Positions 15,691-29,712 of a DNA stretch of 64,000 bases are shown piece by piece. Under the pieces are notes generated by a model, which did no database searches, was not told the DNA's origin, and was given only the letters and a program-made list of their open reading frames with translations. The stretch lies in NCBI RefSeq assembly GCF_009914755.1, contig NC_060926.1; one strand, given 5' to 3'. The number at the start of each line of letters is the position of its first letter. The first letter of the stretch is position 1. The translations under genes were made by a program, and so were the position numbers. This DNA is from the human T2T-CHM13v2.0 reference genome, Homo sapiens.

Positions 15691-16724
15691 AGAAGTCCTT
15701 AACTTATTTTTATGTATTTTTCCTGAAACTAATTGGGGTGCATAATGAATATAAGTTTTGATGTATTTGTCTATTTCAGCATTATGTTGCAAGCCTTTCT
15801 CATGTCATTACACATTTTAGAAACCTAATTTTTAATACCTGTATTATATTGCATATATGAATAACCCATGATTACTATTTCTTCAATATTCGTCTTTGCT
15901 TGGACTCCAAGTTTAACAATTAAAACTAATTATAGAAATAGCATTGTCCAGTTGTAAGAAATATTCATGAAATGTTCGGTTTGAGTTGTAATCATAGTGA
16001 TCAATAAAACTTGCATTCTTACTATGAACATAGGTCACTATGGTAGTTGCTGCAGGGAGTTCAAAATATGAAAATGAGTGATTCCTCTCCTCCAGGCAAC
16101 ATAATTTGGAGAAATGAAGCATAGATTTAGAAAACTGGTCCAAATTAGTTTTTCATCAAAACTTCATGAATGATACATATAATAAGAATGGGAATGTTCA
16201 AAGGAGAAGGAGACCATTAGGCTTGAAAAGGCAGGAAAAATGTTTTGAAGTCAATACGATCTGCAATGGATTGGAATGTATTGAATGGAGTGAGGGAGAA
16301 AGACATATTTAATTATTTTCTAGTCACTTTTCTTATTTTTCACTTAGGCTGTTTTGAAAGTACTATTCCCAAGACACCCACGTTGGCATTTTCCTCTGTC
16401 TAAAAAAATTATCATTGATGGATTTTTCATGGTCTATAAATCTGTTTCAGTTGAATAAATACATTTAACCTAAGATACTGGATCACAGGAAGTTTGCTGA
16501 CAAATTGTATAGCTGACAACCCTCTATATGTAAATATAAGGACAGTAGTGTTTTACTTTGCCAACTTGAAATAAGTAAAGTTTATGTTCCTTATTTTCTC
16601 ACCTACCTGGAGACAAAGCCAGGATATGCATATGAGCAAATGACTAACAGCGATTTTTTGAAAAGAGGTAGTTCACCAAGGCAGAAAATCTCTAAAACCA
16701 TCAGTGAACAAGAATGTATCAAAC

Positions 16725-16880
16725 GCTTGCATATATATTATTTTATTTAATTGCCGCATTACATTGTAGAAATAGCCGTTATTATTCTACTTTTAATGTT
16801 AGAAAACTGTTCAAAGTCAAACTACAGGAAAATAATGAAGCTTCACTTGAAGTCTGTCTGAAGTTAAGAATATATTCTTT
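16725..16880 (-). mobile_element. MIR fragment
   Basis: TTATTATTCTACTTTTAATGTTAGAAAACTG-type MIR core. Confidence 0.5.
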
Positions 16881-17455
16881 CTACTAAAACATTAGTAACT
16901 CAGTTCTATTAATAAAACCATATATAAAATAAAACCCTTTGTATCATTTCAGGGTAAGTTTGTAAATTCAGCAAAAGGTTGTCACATATGTAAATTATCC
17001 AGTAAATATTAGCACACTTACTCGTTTTACCATGCATGTTTATTCACACTGTTAAAACTCAGGACTTTTGCATTAAATTGATTTTCTAAATCATTTGTAT
17101 GAAAGGGTATCAAAATCTCTACAAAGGGTTCTGGCAGGACAACCCTAAGGGCTGAGATAGGGTACTTCCCTTTTGCTCTGCCACTGTTAACCTCAATAGA
17201 GAATATAGTTTATAGCTTCCTTATAAGGCAAAATTAACATATAATAAATATTTTATCTTTGCTGATACCCAATGTGGGTAAGGTTGCAGATACATACACT
17301 TTGCTGGCAGCAATGTGAATTGGTTCAGTACTTATAGAAAATATACATAAATATTCAGTCCGGAAACATAAAAAAGCTTATTCTTTTTGACCCAGTCATT
17401 ATACTCCTGGGAATGTACTCTAAATAATTTAACAATTATTGAAAAAGCTGGGCAA

Positions 17456-17710
17456 TGTTAGGCTCTTTTAGATTGCAAGGTAGAGACATACTCAGGTTAT
17501 CTAAGGTGAGGGGGCTATATAAATCTATGAAGGCAAAGAAGCCCAGAAGACCCTTTCAGCAGCTGGGAAGCCTGGAGAGCTGGAGTGACCTTCATCACCT
17601 TTCTCAACAGAAACTCCAGTAGCTCAGCAACATCTCTGGTAGCCTGTCTTTCAGAAAGTCTCATCTATTCCTCCCCACTTTACTGCCTTAGCTTCTGTCT
17701 CTAATATTAC
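17456..17710 (-). mobile_element. Old MaLR LTR fragment (MLT1K/L-like)
   Basis: TGTTAGGCTCTTTTTAGATTGCAAGGTAGAGAC-type terminus. Confidence 0.4.
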
Positions 17711-17824
17711 CTCAGTATTGGAATTTCACATTTCCTCTGCTAAAGTATGTTTATATTGAGTGACAATAATAATGATAATAAGGCTATAATATAATAATAA
17801 AAAGCTATAATAATAACTACCTTC

Positions 17825-18122
17825 TTATTTATTTCTTTTGAGACATGATCTCACTCTGTCACCCAGGCTGGAGTGCAGTGGCACTATCACAGCTCACTGC
17901 AGCCTCAACCTCCTAGCCTTAGGTAATCCTCCAATCTCAGCCTCCTGGGTAGCTGAGAATACAGGTGCATGCCACCACATGCAGCTAATTTTTTGTATTT
18001 TTTGAAGAGTCAGGATTGTGCAATGTTGCCCAGGCTGGTCTTGAACTCCTGAGTTCAAGGGATCTGCTCACTTCAGTCTTCAAAAGTGATGGAATTACAG
18101 GCATGAGCTACAGCACCTGGCC
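17825..18122 (-). mobile_element. AluJ
   Basis: GCACTATCACAGCTCACTGCAGCCTCAACCTCC is an AluJ diagnostic; degenerate TSD AATAACTACCTTCTT / AATAGCTAGTTTCTT. Confidence 0.92.
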
Positions 18123-18129
18123 AATAGCT

Positions 18130-18320
18130 AGTTTCTTTTGGCAGCTTTCTATCCACCAGTATGGTTCTCATAACTTCACTCATTTAATTTTCATAGTACT
18201 CTTATGAGGTAATTCTATTATTACCATTTTATCACTGGGGAAAGTGAGGCACTGAATAGTTGGTCAATATGAAAAAATTCTCCCAGCTAAAAATTATGGC
18301 ATTAAGGTTCAAAGCTGGGA
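18130..18320 (-). mobile_element. MIR
   Basis: CTTATGAGGTAATTCTATTATTACCATTTTATCACTGGGGAAAGTGAGGCAC core. Confidence 0.75.
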
Positions 18321-18339
18321 AAGTATTCAATGCATTATA

Positions 18340-19300
18340 TTTCTCAAAGGAAGATGCAGTTGAGAATAATACAGATATTCTTGAGAAACAGCACCAGTGT
18401 GGAATGTACATCCATTGAGATAAATGGGATCACTCAAGGAGAGAATATAAAGAGAAAAGAGGGAAAAGAGTGAGCTCTAAAAACATGACAACATTTAAAG
18501 GCATAATAGAAGAGAAGCAATAGCATAAGAGACTTCACAGAAGCAGCAAGTGAGGTAGATGAAGCTTGAGTAGAGGTTCTTCTAGAAACTAAAAGGAAAG
18601 AGCATTTCAAAAAAAAAAGTAGTTGATTGTATGGAATACTTTCAATATATCAAACAAGATGAAGAAAGAAGTGTGGCTATTGAATTTTTCAGCTGCATGA
18701 TCACTAATCTTTATTCAGAGTAATGTCAGTGTAATGGAAAGAGAAGTCATAATAGAGTGGAGCAGAAATAAGGAAGTATGCAGCAGCTCCTCTTAGGAAT
18801 TTGGGTAGAAAATAAAGTAGGGACATGGAATGGTAGCTGGAAGACAAAGTGGTATCAAAGGGGGGTATATTTTTAAATATGGCAGGAAGAAATTGGAGTA
18901 TGTTTGTGTGTCCTTGGAAATGATTATGTGGAAGAGAGACAAAAGAAGACAGATGAGAGAAAAAACGGTGACTGAGAATTTAAATCTTTAGAAGGCAAAT
19001 GGAGAAGGGAGGCAGAACACAGAAGTTCTTCCTGTGTTCAGAGGAATAACACCTTCATTACAGTAACAGAGATGAAGAAGAAGAATACAGAGACAGGTAT
19101 AGGAAGGTGAAGACTGTGCTTATGTTATTTAATTCATAATGCATGAAGTGAGGTCATTCATTAAGGAAGGAAATGGACACTTTGAGATTTTGAGGTCAAA
19201 GCTTTATAGCAATGAGGGTAATGAGCAAGGAAGTGCTAATAATAGGAAATAGCTTGCAGTCAGCATGATGTTTAAAACTGGTATTTCAGCTGTGATGACT
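18340..19300 (-). mobile_element. L2 fragment
   Basis: Purine-rich antisense L2 motifs (GGGATCACTCAAGGAGAG, ACATTTAAAGG, AGAAACTAAAAGGAAAGAGCATTTCAA). Confidence 0.7.
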
Positions 19301-19584
19301 TTTCCACTTCTGACATGATTAGGGATATGTTGTTACAGTTGCTCTTTGGAAATTTTGTTAAGTAATGATATAATGTAAAGTAGGAAGATTGTCAAGATAA
19401 CTGAACAAGGTACAGTGTGGCTAAATAAACCACTAGTTTAATTTACTCAGGTCCTGGACTAGACTCACATACTGTACTTACTGAAGAAAAGTTTCTAACA
19501 TGGCCAATCTTTTGAATAAGTACATTGGAAGTTTAAAAATGGTCTACTTTTCAGCCTTAGGAACTGGCCCCCTATCAAATCCAA

Positions 19585-21335
19585 GCTGAATTCTTTGTAG
19601 AAAGTGACAATTTGATTTCAAAATTCAAATGGAAATTCAAGGGAGCCAGAATAGCCAGAACAATCTTGATAAATAAGAACAAAGTTGAAAGACTCACTTC
19701 CTGATTTCAAAACTTTTCACAAAACTACAGTAAACAAAACGGTGTGGCACTGGCATAAAGCTAGATGGATAGATCAGTGGAATAAAATTGAGAGTCTAAA
19801 ATCAAACCCTCACAATTATAGCAGTCACCTATAGATTACGGTATGTTGATCTTTAACAAAGACACCAAAATTCATCAATAGGGAAATGTATTTTCAATGA
19901 ATGATGCTGGGACAACTAGATATCCACATGCAAAAGAATGAATTGTGTCTCTGCCATATTCCACATACAAAAATGAACTCCAAATGGATAAAATAAGTAA
20001 ATGTAAGAGCTAAAACTGTAAACCTCTTATAAGAAAACATAGACGTAAATCTGCATGACATTGGATTAGGCAAAGTTTTCTCAGATATGACACCTACAGC
20101 ACAAGCAACAAAAGAAAAAATAGAAAAACTGGAAATCATCAAAATTTAAAACTTTTGAGCTTTAAATGGCACCCTCAAGAAAGTGAAAAGACAACTCACA
20201 ACATAGGAAGATATTTGCAAATAATGTATCTGGTAAGGGCCTTGTATCAAGAATATATAAAAAATTCAATAACTCTATAACTCATTAGTAAGAAGATAAA
20301 CCAAGTGAAAAATGGGCAAAGGATCTGAATAGACAGTCTCTAAAGATATACAAATGGCTAATAAACATGTGAAAAGATATTCAACATCATTACTCATCTA
20401 AATAATTCAAATCAAAACCATAATGATATATCACTTCACATCAACGAGGATGGTGATAACAAAAAAGACAGATAAAAACAAGTATTGACAGTATGTAGAG
20501 TAGTTGGAATTCTTATACACTGATGGTGGGAATGCAAAATAGTGCAGCCACCAAAACTTTAAGAGTGAGTGCACTCTTACTTGAAAACCAAAACTTCATT
20601 TTATCCAGTTCTCCTCTCTATTCTTGCTCCAAATTGTTTTTTCTCATTTTTTCTAGTTTTCATTAATGTTCTACATCTTCTGCTTCCATTTTTTTCTTCA
20701 TGCGTTCCTTAACTAATTTTTAATATTCTATTCTACTGTGCTTTAGAAAGCAGTCTAGCTGTTCCTCAAATGTTTATGCAGTGACATAAGATACAGTAAT
20801 TCCCCTCCAAATATATACCTAAGAGTAATAAACACATATATCCACGCAAAAATTGCATGTGAATGTTTATAGTGTCATTATTTATGATAGTAAAAACATG
20901 GAAGCAATACAAATGTCCATCCATTGATAAATAGGTAAAACAAATATGTTACATCCATATGATGTGCTATTTTTTGCCAATAAGAAGAAATGTGCTGATA
21001 CATGTTACAACATTGATGAATCTTGTGAACACTATGCTAAATGGAAGGAACCAATCTCAAGGGATCATATATTGTATGATTCAATTTATATTAAAAGCCC
21101 AGAGTAGGAAAATCAATAGAGATAGAAAGCATATTGGTGGCCACCTAGATCTGGGAGTGAGGAGAGAGAAGAAGATTAGAGGGTCACCTTCAAATGAGGT
21201 GGAGTTTCTTTTCAGGCTAATAAAAATAATTCTAAAACTGCTTTTGTTGCAACTCTGGATATAAGAGGAAGCATTAAATTATACGTTATAAATGAGTAAA
21301 CTGTATAATATGTGAACTATATCTCAAAACTGTTC
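19585..21335 (+). mobile_element. L1MB/L1MC-type 3' region with a 190-bp foreign insert
   Basis: Sense ORF2 3' and 3'UTR motifs (CCTGATTTCAAAACT, GATGCTGGGACAACTAGATATCCACATG, GTGAACTATATCTCAA). Confidence 0.85.
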
Positions 21336-23139
21336 AGAAAGAGTGGTAAAAGAAATATTTGTGGCTCTTATGTAGTCCATACCAGATCAGTAGAAAAAGA
21401 AACCATACAATTATTCGAGGCCAGATGCTCATATAAAACAAACCCAAACAGAAAAGTGATTTCACATGGAGAAACTACTGGATAACTAGCAAGAAAAAAA
21501 GTCAATAGCTTGATGAATCTACAACCAGAGAATCATGTATTCACCCTCTTAATTGCATGTAATTAACATTCAGTATTTGCACATGACTCAAGAAAGTAAA
21601 AAATTCAGCGGAGGCATCTTCTACACTTTCTCTCTTGAGGCAAGACTACTACAGATGCTCTTACTTGAAAACCAAAACTTTATTTTACCTAAAAGTAGGT
21701 AAAATCTTCTCCTCTGAAGTTTCTCCAGATTGTTCTTCCCAGTTTTCTAATTTTTATGATTTTTCTATATCTTCTGCTTTCATGTTCTTTTCATGTGTTC
21801 CTTTATTAAGTTTTTATAATCTATTCTTCCACTATTCTATGTTGACTCCACTCCTGAAGGTTACTGGCCTTTACCAGCCCCTTTTCTCCTTCGTCTCTTC
21901 AGTTCCTATTGATATTTAAATCAATTTAAAAAATTATAAAACTTGCATGCACCACAATTTCCATGACAGAGTCCAATTTTAATTTTATGTCAACTCATAT
22001 TATCTGTTTTATAATGAATTAATTTTACACCTTTGGAGGTTTTCATATAAGTTTAATTGTTCCCTTCTGTCTCTTTTTTCTAGTGCTTTATTTTAGCCAA
22101 CAATTTCTGTGACCTAACTTCAGATGAGCATGACTCTCAGGTCTGAACTTACAGGTTTTACTTCTTGCAGAGTTCAGATTCTTCATCTCCATCTTCCAAA
22201 AGGACTGCTTGATGTTTTTAACTCACCTACACCTAAAATCCAATACCTTCAACAATGACTCATAAATTATATGATTATATGGTACCACTCTGAGCCATGT
22301 CATGAAGTATATAAGGGCAGGAAAAAGAGATACTATTTTAGGACCTAATCTAAGCCCTCTGAATTTGAGTAAGCAATTGAGTAAGTAATTTGTTTGGGAA
22401 GCCCCAAGTCCAAGAGTCAAAACAGGTTTAGATATTGGAACTGAGCCTCCAAATGGGGATCCCCAAAGTGTAAGTGGAGCCTAGGAGCAAGAAGACCCTG
22501 TGGCTGGTATGCCAAAATTGATAAGACCAGTGATTCTCATGAAGTAAGTTATCAGTACAATGGTAACATTTTTAGGATTAAAATTTCATCCATAGGAAGG
22601 ACTCACAGGAAGAAGAAAGGATTAGAGAAAACTAAGTGGAAGTCCACTCAGACCTCCACTTAGTTACCATGGATTTATAGTGCTTGCCAGCAAAGCACCC
22701 CATTCTAGTCCTGATTGGAAAAAAAAATAGGACTTTGGGGGAAGTGTGGGCTCTAAGACCTGAAATACTCAGCTCTACCAGACAGTGGTCTGCAGATGTA
22801 TATGCATCTCCTGCTCCACCGTATAGATAAGTCTACAACTTGGGTAAGGGTGAGCCTACCTACCGGCATGTGGGGCTGTGGAAAACCAAAGACAGGGAAT
22901 GAGATTCTGACTGCTGTTTTATAGCCTCTACACTGTGGCTTGAAACCTGGGAGACATGTAGAACTGCAGCACACACCTGTGCCTTCCAAATTCTTCTCTC
23001 TGTTTTTCTTTGTAATGTACCTACCTCTGTAACAATATTCCAAATTCTGGAGGTACAATTCTAGTCTAGGAATCAACTTACTCCTGGAGAACGGCCAGTG
23101 TTGAATTGGCCTCTTTGCTCCTTGTTTACCTTCCATTGC

Positions 23140-23310
23140 ATTCTGTACAACACTCTTAAGATAATATTCCTAAGACCTCATATTTATCACATTCTTCAAC
23201 ATTTCTAACAATTTTCAATTTGTGTCAGAATAAAAAAGAATTCACTGGCCTGAATTCAAGGCTATCCATAATCTGGTTCCAGGCTTCCAATCCAATCTCA
23301 TTTCCTAATT
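23140..23310 (+). mobile_element. L2 fragment
   Basis: CAGAATAAAA...GGCCTGAATTCAAGGCTATCCATAATCTGG. Confidence 0.55.
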
Positions 23311-23324
23311 TGGTATCTGACATT

Positions 23325-23550
23325 CTCATAGTGAAGAAAGGTTTGGGAGGCAGCCAGCTCCATGTCTGAATTCTGCTTCTTACTTCCAGTGACCATGAGA
23401 AACCAACCTAACTTCTGTGGATTTTAGTTTCTCAACTCTGCAGTAGTTTTAACCATTGTCCAAAATAGATTTGAGGATCAAATGAGATGATGTCTATGGT
23501 GCACTACACAGAGTTCTGAGTATGTGGTCAGCCCTCAAAAAATGGGATCT
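23325..23550 (+). mobile_element. MIR
   Basis: TTTGAGGATCAAATGAGATGATGTCTATG...CCTCAAAAAATG. Confidence 0.7.
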
Positions 23551-24898
23551 ATTCATTTTCCATGTGACATTTATTTACAGCTCACTGGTGCATTTATCCA
23601 ATATTCTTTTTCTATAACTGTCATAGGTAAAAACGGCAGTTTTGACTTCAATGTTGACTTCTATCTTAACATATTTCTTATAAAGCCAATTACCTATATC
23701 AAGCGAATTTAGGAAAATGAAATAACATTACTTTGCTTACATATGGGCTTTTACATTTTGTTTATATATTTCCAATCAGTCAGTCCCATTAACACCATTT
23801 TCACTTTAAGTGTTTCTGTAGAATGCCAATAGAAATGGCTAGAAAAAATATTTTTAACTTTTTTTAATTTAATAGGATCAGATTGGCATTTTCAAAAAAT
23901 AAATCAGAGTTGTTTTGGTATTACTGAAACATACCTCAAAAGCAAAAATTTGATTATTTTGGCTGAACATACTATTGAGTTTCTTTGACAGCCATTATTA
24001 TGAAATTAGTTTTAAACTATAGCCACATATAAACGCAGGTCCTGAGACATAAACTTTATTCATAGCCCTAGCCTTATTAAAAAATAAAAAATCTTTTACA
24101 AAGTCAAACCCTTTAATGTTTAGCCTACATAAAGATTGTAAGGATGGTTTTATTGGTACTTTTTCCTCCTTGCCTGAAAAACAGTATTTTATGCCATGTA
24201 ACTTAAATGCCAAATGCTCAATTAGCATTTGTATAAATATTTTCACTCCTATAGCATTGAGCTTTTTCATGTTCATTTAATTCTGCTCAAAGGTTAATTC
24301 CTTCTTTGCTATTTGCTCAGTGGTGACAGGTAATAAATGGTGAATTATATCTATAATTATTATCAGGATAATTGATTACATTTATCAAAAAGCACTTGTA
24401 GCAATAATTTTCATCTTGTTCTAAGGATTCACTTTGAAAATTCATGTTAAATCCCTGATAACTTTTCAGGTAGCATTTCTATGTGTCTATCATGCAGTAA
24501 ATACAAGAAATTTATAAAATCACTTTAAAATATCTTCAAAATAAAGATAACAAATTTACATTATTCAAATGAATCTGTAAGATTATTTTTAAAATTTCAG
24601 GAACTTCAAAAAACTATAAATTACCAATTTACCATAAACTCTCACTAGTAAGTCTATCAATAAGACCTGACATCCAATTTCAGAGTACTGCAAAGATTAG
24701 GTTATCTATTATACACCACATTTGAAAGGTGATTTTTCACTGGGAAACAAAACCAGCATTCAACATGGCACATTTTGCCTCATCTCCCTATCCTATTTGG
24801 GGGGCATCTGTTCAACCACTTAAAAGGAACTACCACCTGATATGCATGTTTAACAGAATTTGGCATGGAAAAATCTCAAAAAGATCAGTGTGGTAAAT

Positions 24899-25284
24899 TG
24901 TGGTAGATTATTATATTAATGCCCCCTTTCTTGTATTGGGTATGGGTTTAGCCATCTGACTACTTTGTCAATGTGTAGCATTGACACAAGAAGAGTCTTG
25001 ACCACTGCTTGTCCTTCATGCCTTGCTCTCAGAATGTTTCTGCCATTGTGTAAAACAGGCTGGAATGAGACAGAAGCCTAGTCTTCCCAACCATTCCATC
25101 AATCCCAGGTGAGACCCCAGACACTAGCAAGGTGTCAAATTGGACCATCTGCCCTAAACATGACATTCAGCTACTGCAGTCAAATGAGGAGCCCAAGCAA
25201 AATGATTAGAACTGCCTATCCAACGTACTGAATTATGAGAAAATTAATTGTTTTAATTAAAATTTTGTGAGTGACTTGTTCGGC
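24899..25284 (+). mobile_element. MaLR LTR (MLT1F/G/H-like)
   Basis: TGTGGTAGA start; ...GAATTATGAGAAAATTAATTGTTTTAA...GCAGCTATCGATTATTGATATA end. Confidence 0.7.
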
Positions 25285-26966
25285 AGCTATCGATTATTGA
25301 TATAGAAATTGGCCTTCAGTGAGCCAATCCACTCTTCTATAAGGCCAATTATTTTTGGGTGATGCAATATGCGCTAAAACCAATACCATCTGTGAGGGGT
25401 AAGCCTGATACACCTCCTCTTTCATTATAAAATAAGTGTTTTTTTGTTGTTGTTTGGAGGCAATGTTGTTAGAATTGTAAGAGGTGAAGATAATTTTGTA
25501 TCAGCTCATAGGTGGTAGTTTTGGCAGAAACATTGCCAACAGGAAAGGCAAATCAGTATCCCACAGGACAAATTACTGTTCCCTCCATGGTGGAAGGGAT
25601 CTAATGTCATCACAAGGCTTAATCTTCCATTATAAATAATTTTCTGTGTCCATAAAATTGAGTCATAATTATTATGAAATAACCTATGGAAAAAATAAAC
25701 TAATTAAAGGAGATTCCTAATTAATACAAAAAAGGGAAATATACATGTTCTGTTGCAGATAAGATAACCTGAGAAAAGGATCAATTTCATGCTACCTCTT
25801 GCATAAAGTGAGAAATTGGACCCAGAGTACCAATGGTCTCTTCACCACCCCAAAACACAATCAAGGTCTGAAGTGGAATGTATACTAACACATAGAATGT
25901 GAAATTGTAGTTCAAATTCCCGGCTACATTTGGTGGAAAAGTGCTCGTCGTGAGGGAGTATTTCACAATGGACTCCTAATAAGGGTAACACTGCCAGCCA
26001 GGCAGAGGTAAAGCTCCAGTTGCCTTTGGATTGCTACAAAATTAGCACATACATTTCAGTAGAGCAGGGAAACTCCTTGATATGCCCCTGTATTACGACT
26101 GAAGTTTTCAGCCACTCACAAAAAACTGGATTTTAATCTCGCAAAATACACCACACAAAATATAAAAACTTCTCATTGTGGTGTTCAGGGGACTATTTTC
26201 TATCAGAATCCATCAGAATGTTCTCTGTCATTTGAGCCAACAGAGGAAAAGCACCAGATTGTGAAATCATTCACTCATTTAAATAGGTGACTGATTTGTG
26301 AAGTGCCCTCAGGTGAGATAGGCTGGTTATAAGAAAAGCACAAGACTCTAGAGAATTTCTTTTTCAAATTTTCAGATTCCAGAAGATGATATATCTAATG
26401 TAAAACTATCAGAGGAATAAAAGTACCTAAAATCTCTTCAGTCTTTCTTCTTTCTCATTCTCTCTCCATGCATCTATCTTAAACGATGTAAGAAAAGCAA
26501 AGAAAATGGAGGGGTACACTGATTATCCATCTGCTGCATGCCCATTGGGGTTATGCCGCTGAAGATTCTCCAGTCTTGTATTGATTACTTTTTCCTACAT
26601 TTTAAAAAAAATCAGTAACTTTTAAAAGAAACATCTTTGAAAAATCATTTGCTAAAAAACTATGTGCTAGTTAAAATGTAATGTGGGAAATCATCTGGAC
26701 TTGAGACAATTCAAAAGAAGGAAACTGTAGGCATTCAGTACTCTAGAAGAGACAGTGGAACAGCATGGCAGAATCCAACTGACTTCTAATAATTCTATGT
26801 TTAACCAAGCTATGATCTTTGTGTGAAGGTCACAGAAATATATTCTCAGGTAGGCAAAGACTCAAGTAGTAGCATCCGCATGTCCTTCCTGAATCTATTA
26901 CTGAAAACTATTTTCCAACCTACTAAGAAATTAATAAAAGCAAAGAACTGAGATATGATACAAAGT

Positions 26967-27160
26967 AGGGGCTGCAAATTATAGCCAAGGGGCTAAATGT
27001 GGCTTCTGTCTGATTTGTAAATAAAGTTTTATTGGAAAACGGCCATACCCATTAGTTTATTTACTATTAATGATTGCTTCCACACTAAAAATATGAGAGT
27101 ATTTGCACCAGAGGTCATATGGTGCATAGAGGCTAAAATATTTACCATCTGGCCCTTTGT
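26967..27160 (+). mobile_element. MER58A-like hAT-Charlie MITE
   Basis: TTTGTAAATAAAGTTTTATTGGAAAAC...AAAATATTTACCATCTGGCCCTTT. Confidence 0.85.
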
Positions 27161-27679
27161 TTTAGGCCACTTTTGTCAAGTGGACCATGGTGTTTCTTCC
27201 TGGTTGATACAAGTCATTCCTTAGTATGAGCTGTCCACAGGTTGCCTTTCTTCAGGCTTGGCCTGTCTTCTTTGTCTCTCTTCCTGTTGCCCTTGGCTGC
27301 TGCAAACTTCTCCATTATGGCATTGATACTCATTAAGCTGTTTGATCTGAAGACTCTTGTCCTTATTTTGTAATTTTTTATATTTTATTTGTTTCATTTT
27401 TAAACAAATTTCTTCTTTAGGAAATTCAACTGTCTTTAAGATAAATGAGAAGAGACTATCCAACCAGGTTCCTTTCCCACTATTAGGTAGGGTGGATTTT
27501 TTTTTTTTTTTTTTTTTTTTTTAGAAATTTCTCATTATCCTTCTGGAAGAATTTTTAAATTAAATGTTATTTGACACATTTTATTCATAGACCCACAAAG
27601 AAGAGAGGAACGCATGTTGCTATCTATGTATCTATCATCTTTCTGCTTATCTATTAATCATCTCTAGTATAGTCTATAG

Positions 27680-27995
<316 letters not shown>

Positions 27996-28129
27996 TATCT
28001 ATCATCTTTTTAAGGAACTGTTATACTGGGCCCTAGTTTTATGTATCCAGCTTTTGGTTTTGCAGAGGTTAAAGAGTAGTTACTTTCAACCTCATTACTG
28101 GAATATCTGTCTACCAAATATCAAAAGCA

Positions 28130-28510
28130 ATTAATATTTACTTTATACCAGGCATATAAAACTAAGAGTTTTTTGCACATTAGCTTATTATTACCTACAG
28201 TATTCCTACAGAAGAGTCACCATTATTTTTAGGTCCACTTTAAAAGCTTTGAGAAATTAAGTGACTTGTTGATGGTCACTAAGCTGGTGGAACAAGGATT
28301 GAAACTAGACCCCCTGTTTCTCTGCTGTAGTGGCTTCTGTGTAGGGTGAAGCTTGGCATGTTATCTAATTCAAAACGCTCATTTTGCATACAGGAAACAT
28401 AAGACTCAGAGAGTGAAGTGACCTTTTCAAAACGAAGCCATATGGATGGGGCTAGTCAGAATTTGCATCCAGATTTCATGACTATGAACTTGTAATTGTC
28501 TTTCAAACAC
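28130..28510 (-). mobile_element. Two adjacent MIR fragments
   Basis: GAGAAATTAAGTGACTTG...GGATTGAAAC and ATTTTGCATACAGGAAAC...AGAGTGAAGTGACC cores. Confidence 0.6.
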
Positions 28511-29132
28511 TGGAGCTCTGCTGACACATTGTCTCCTTAGAAAAATCACTAATTTTTATAGCCATGGCTTTTATAGATCTGTGTGACCCTGTTCAGACAT
28601 GCATGCCTCTGGAAAGCATTCAGGATGCTTACTTGTGAGTGGGTGTGTTCCACAGCTAGTTTTTAAATAGAAAAGATTTTACTTTGTGGAAGGGTCCCGG
28701 TGACTCTCTCCTACTCAGCAATTAAATAAATGTATTTTTCATGGTTCAGATGCTGTTGTTCATATTCTTTTCATGACTTCTTATAAAAGAAATATTAATT
28801 TAACTAAGGGTGTGCTTGTTTCCATGCTGTTATTGCTTAATTAGGTTGATTAGAGCCCTGGTTGGATTGTTATGTCAAGGTTTTCCATGCTCAAGACAAA
28901 ATACATGCAGGCAGCAATTCATTTGAATGGCTATAATACGAATTTGGAATACCTAGGACAATAGGTCCTTTTGAATCTGCTGTTAATAAGTCATCTTAAT
29001 TATAACTCAGCAGAAGACTTGACAACACTTCACATGGAGGGAATTATTTTTCGTATCCTCACTTGATGAATTACTGAAGCATCAGTTGTATGGGGGAAAG
29101 ATATTTAACTGGATTACTGTTTACTCTCTATT

Positions 29133-29358
29133 CCAGGGGCTGACAAACTGTGGCCCAGATGCCAAATCTGGCTCACTGTTTATTTTTAGAAATAAAGCTT
29201 TACTTGAAATCATCACATTCATTTATTTCCATACTGTCTATGGCTGCTTTTCTGCTATAATGACAGAATTGAGTAGTTGTGGCAAAGATGATAAAGCCTG
29301 CACGCTCTGAAATATTTACTGTCTGGAACTTTACAGAAAAAGTAAAATGATCTGTTCT
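29133..29358 (+). mobile_element. MER58A-like hAT-Charlie MITE
   Basis: CAGGGGCTGACAAACTGTGGCCC...GTCTATGGCTGCTTT...TTGAGTAGTTG...CTTTACAGAAAA. Confidence 0.88.
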
Positions 29359-29619
29359 ATTAAATGATGACGATTTTAGGAAAGTCATGACTATTATAGG
29401 ATAAATGAAAATATTCCCAAATTGTCAGACAAAACTGAAGCTTATTTGGAAGACAATATTATCACCCATGATGTCTTCTCAGACCTGTTGAAAAAAAAAA
29501 GGTTGTCTTTTTCTTTATGTGGAGGAATCATAGCCTAGAACTCAGAATTGCCTTGTACAGAATTTCATCGCATATTAAGTTACTCGTTCTTTGTTTTCTA
29601 AATGTTGAACCTCTAAATG

Positions 29620-29712
29620 TGGAGTGGCTATATAATTTATAATTTCAATTGAGACTTTTTTGGGCGGAACCATTGTGACAACTGGTGTAAGCTGAGATAA
29701 TTTACCAACCTC
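29620..29712 (+). mobile_element. hAT-Blackjack MITE (MER94/MER81-like)
   Basis: GGAGTGGCTATATAATTTATAATTTCAATTGAGACTTTTT resembles the family start. Confidence 0.4.

Noticed and set aside
16940-16960. TTTCAG-G-GTAAGT as a recursive splice site or 1-nt microexon
   Set aside because: The extra G breaks the AG|GT recursive motif and the pyrimidine tract is weak; not supportable without RNA data.
19015-19039. Hairpin GAACACAG...CTGTGTTC (and similar at 55053-55080)
   Set aside because: Short local inverted repeats inside old TEs; too small for pre-miRNA and expected by chance or slippage.
22753-23136. 127-aa ORF in non-repeat DNA (also 42930..43298, 56345..56665)
   Set aside because: No recognisable domain, low-complexity or AT-driven composition, and no supporting splice structure.
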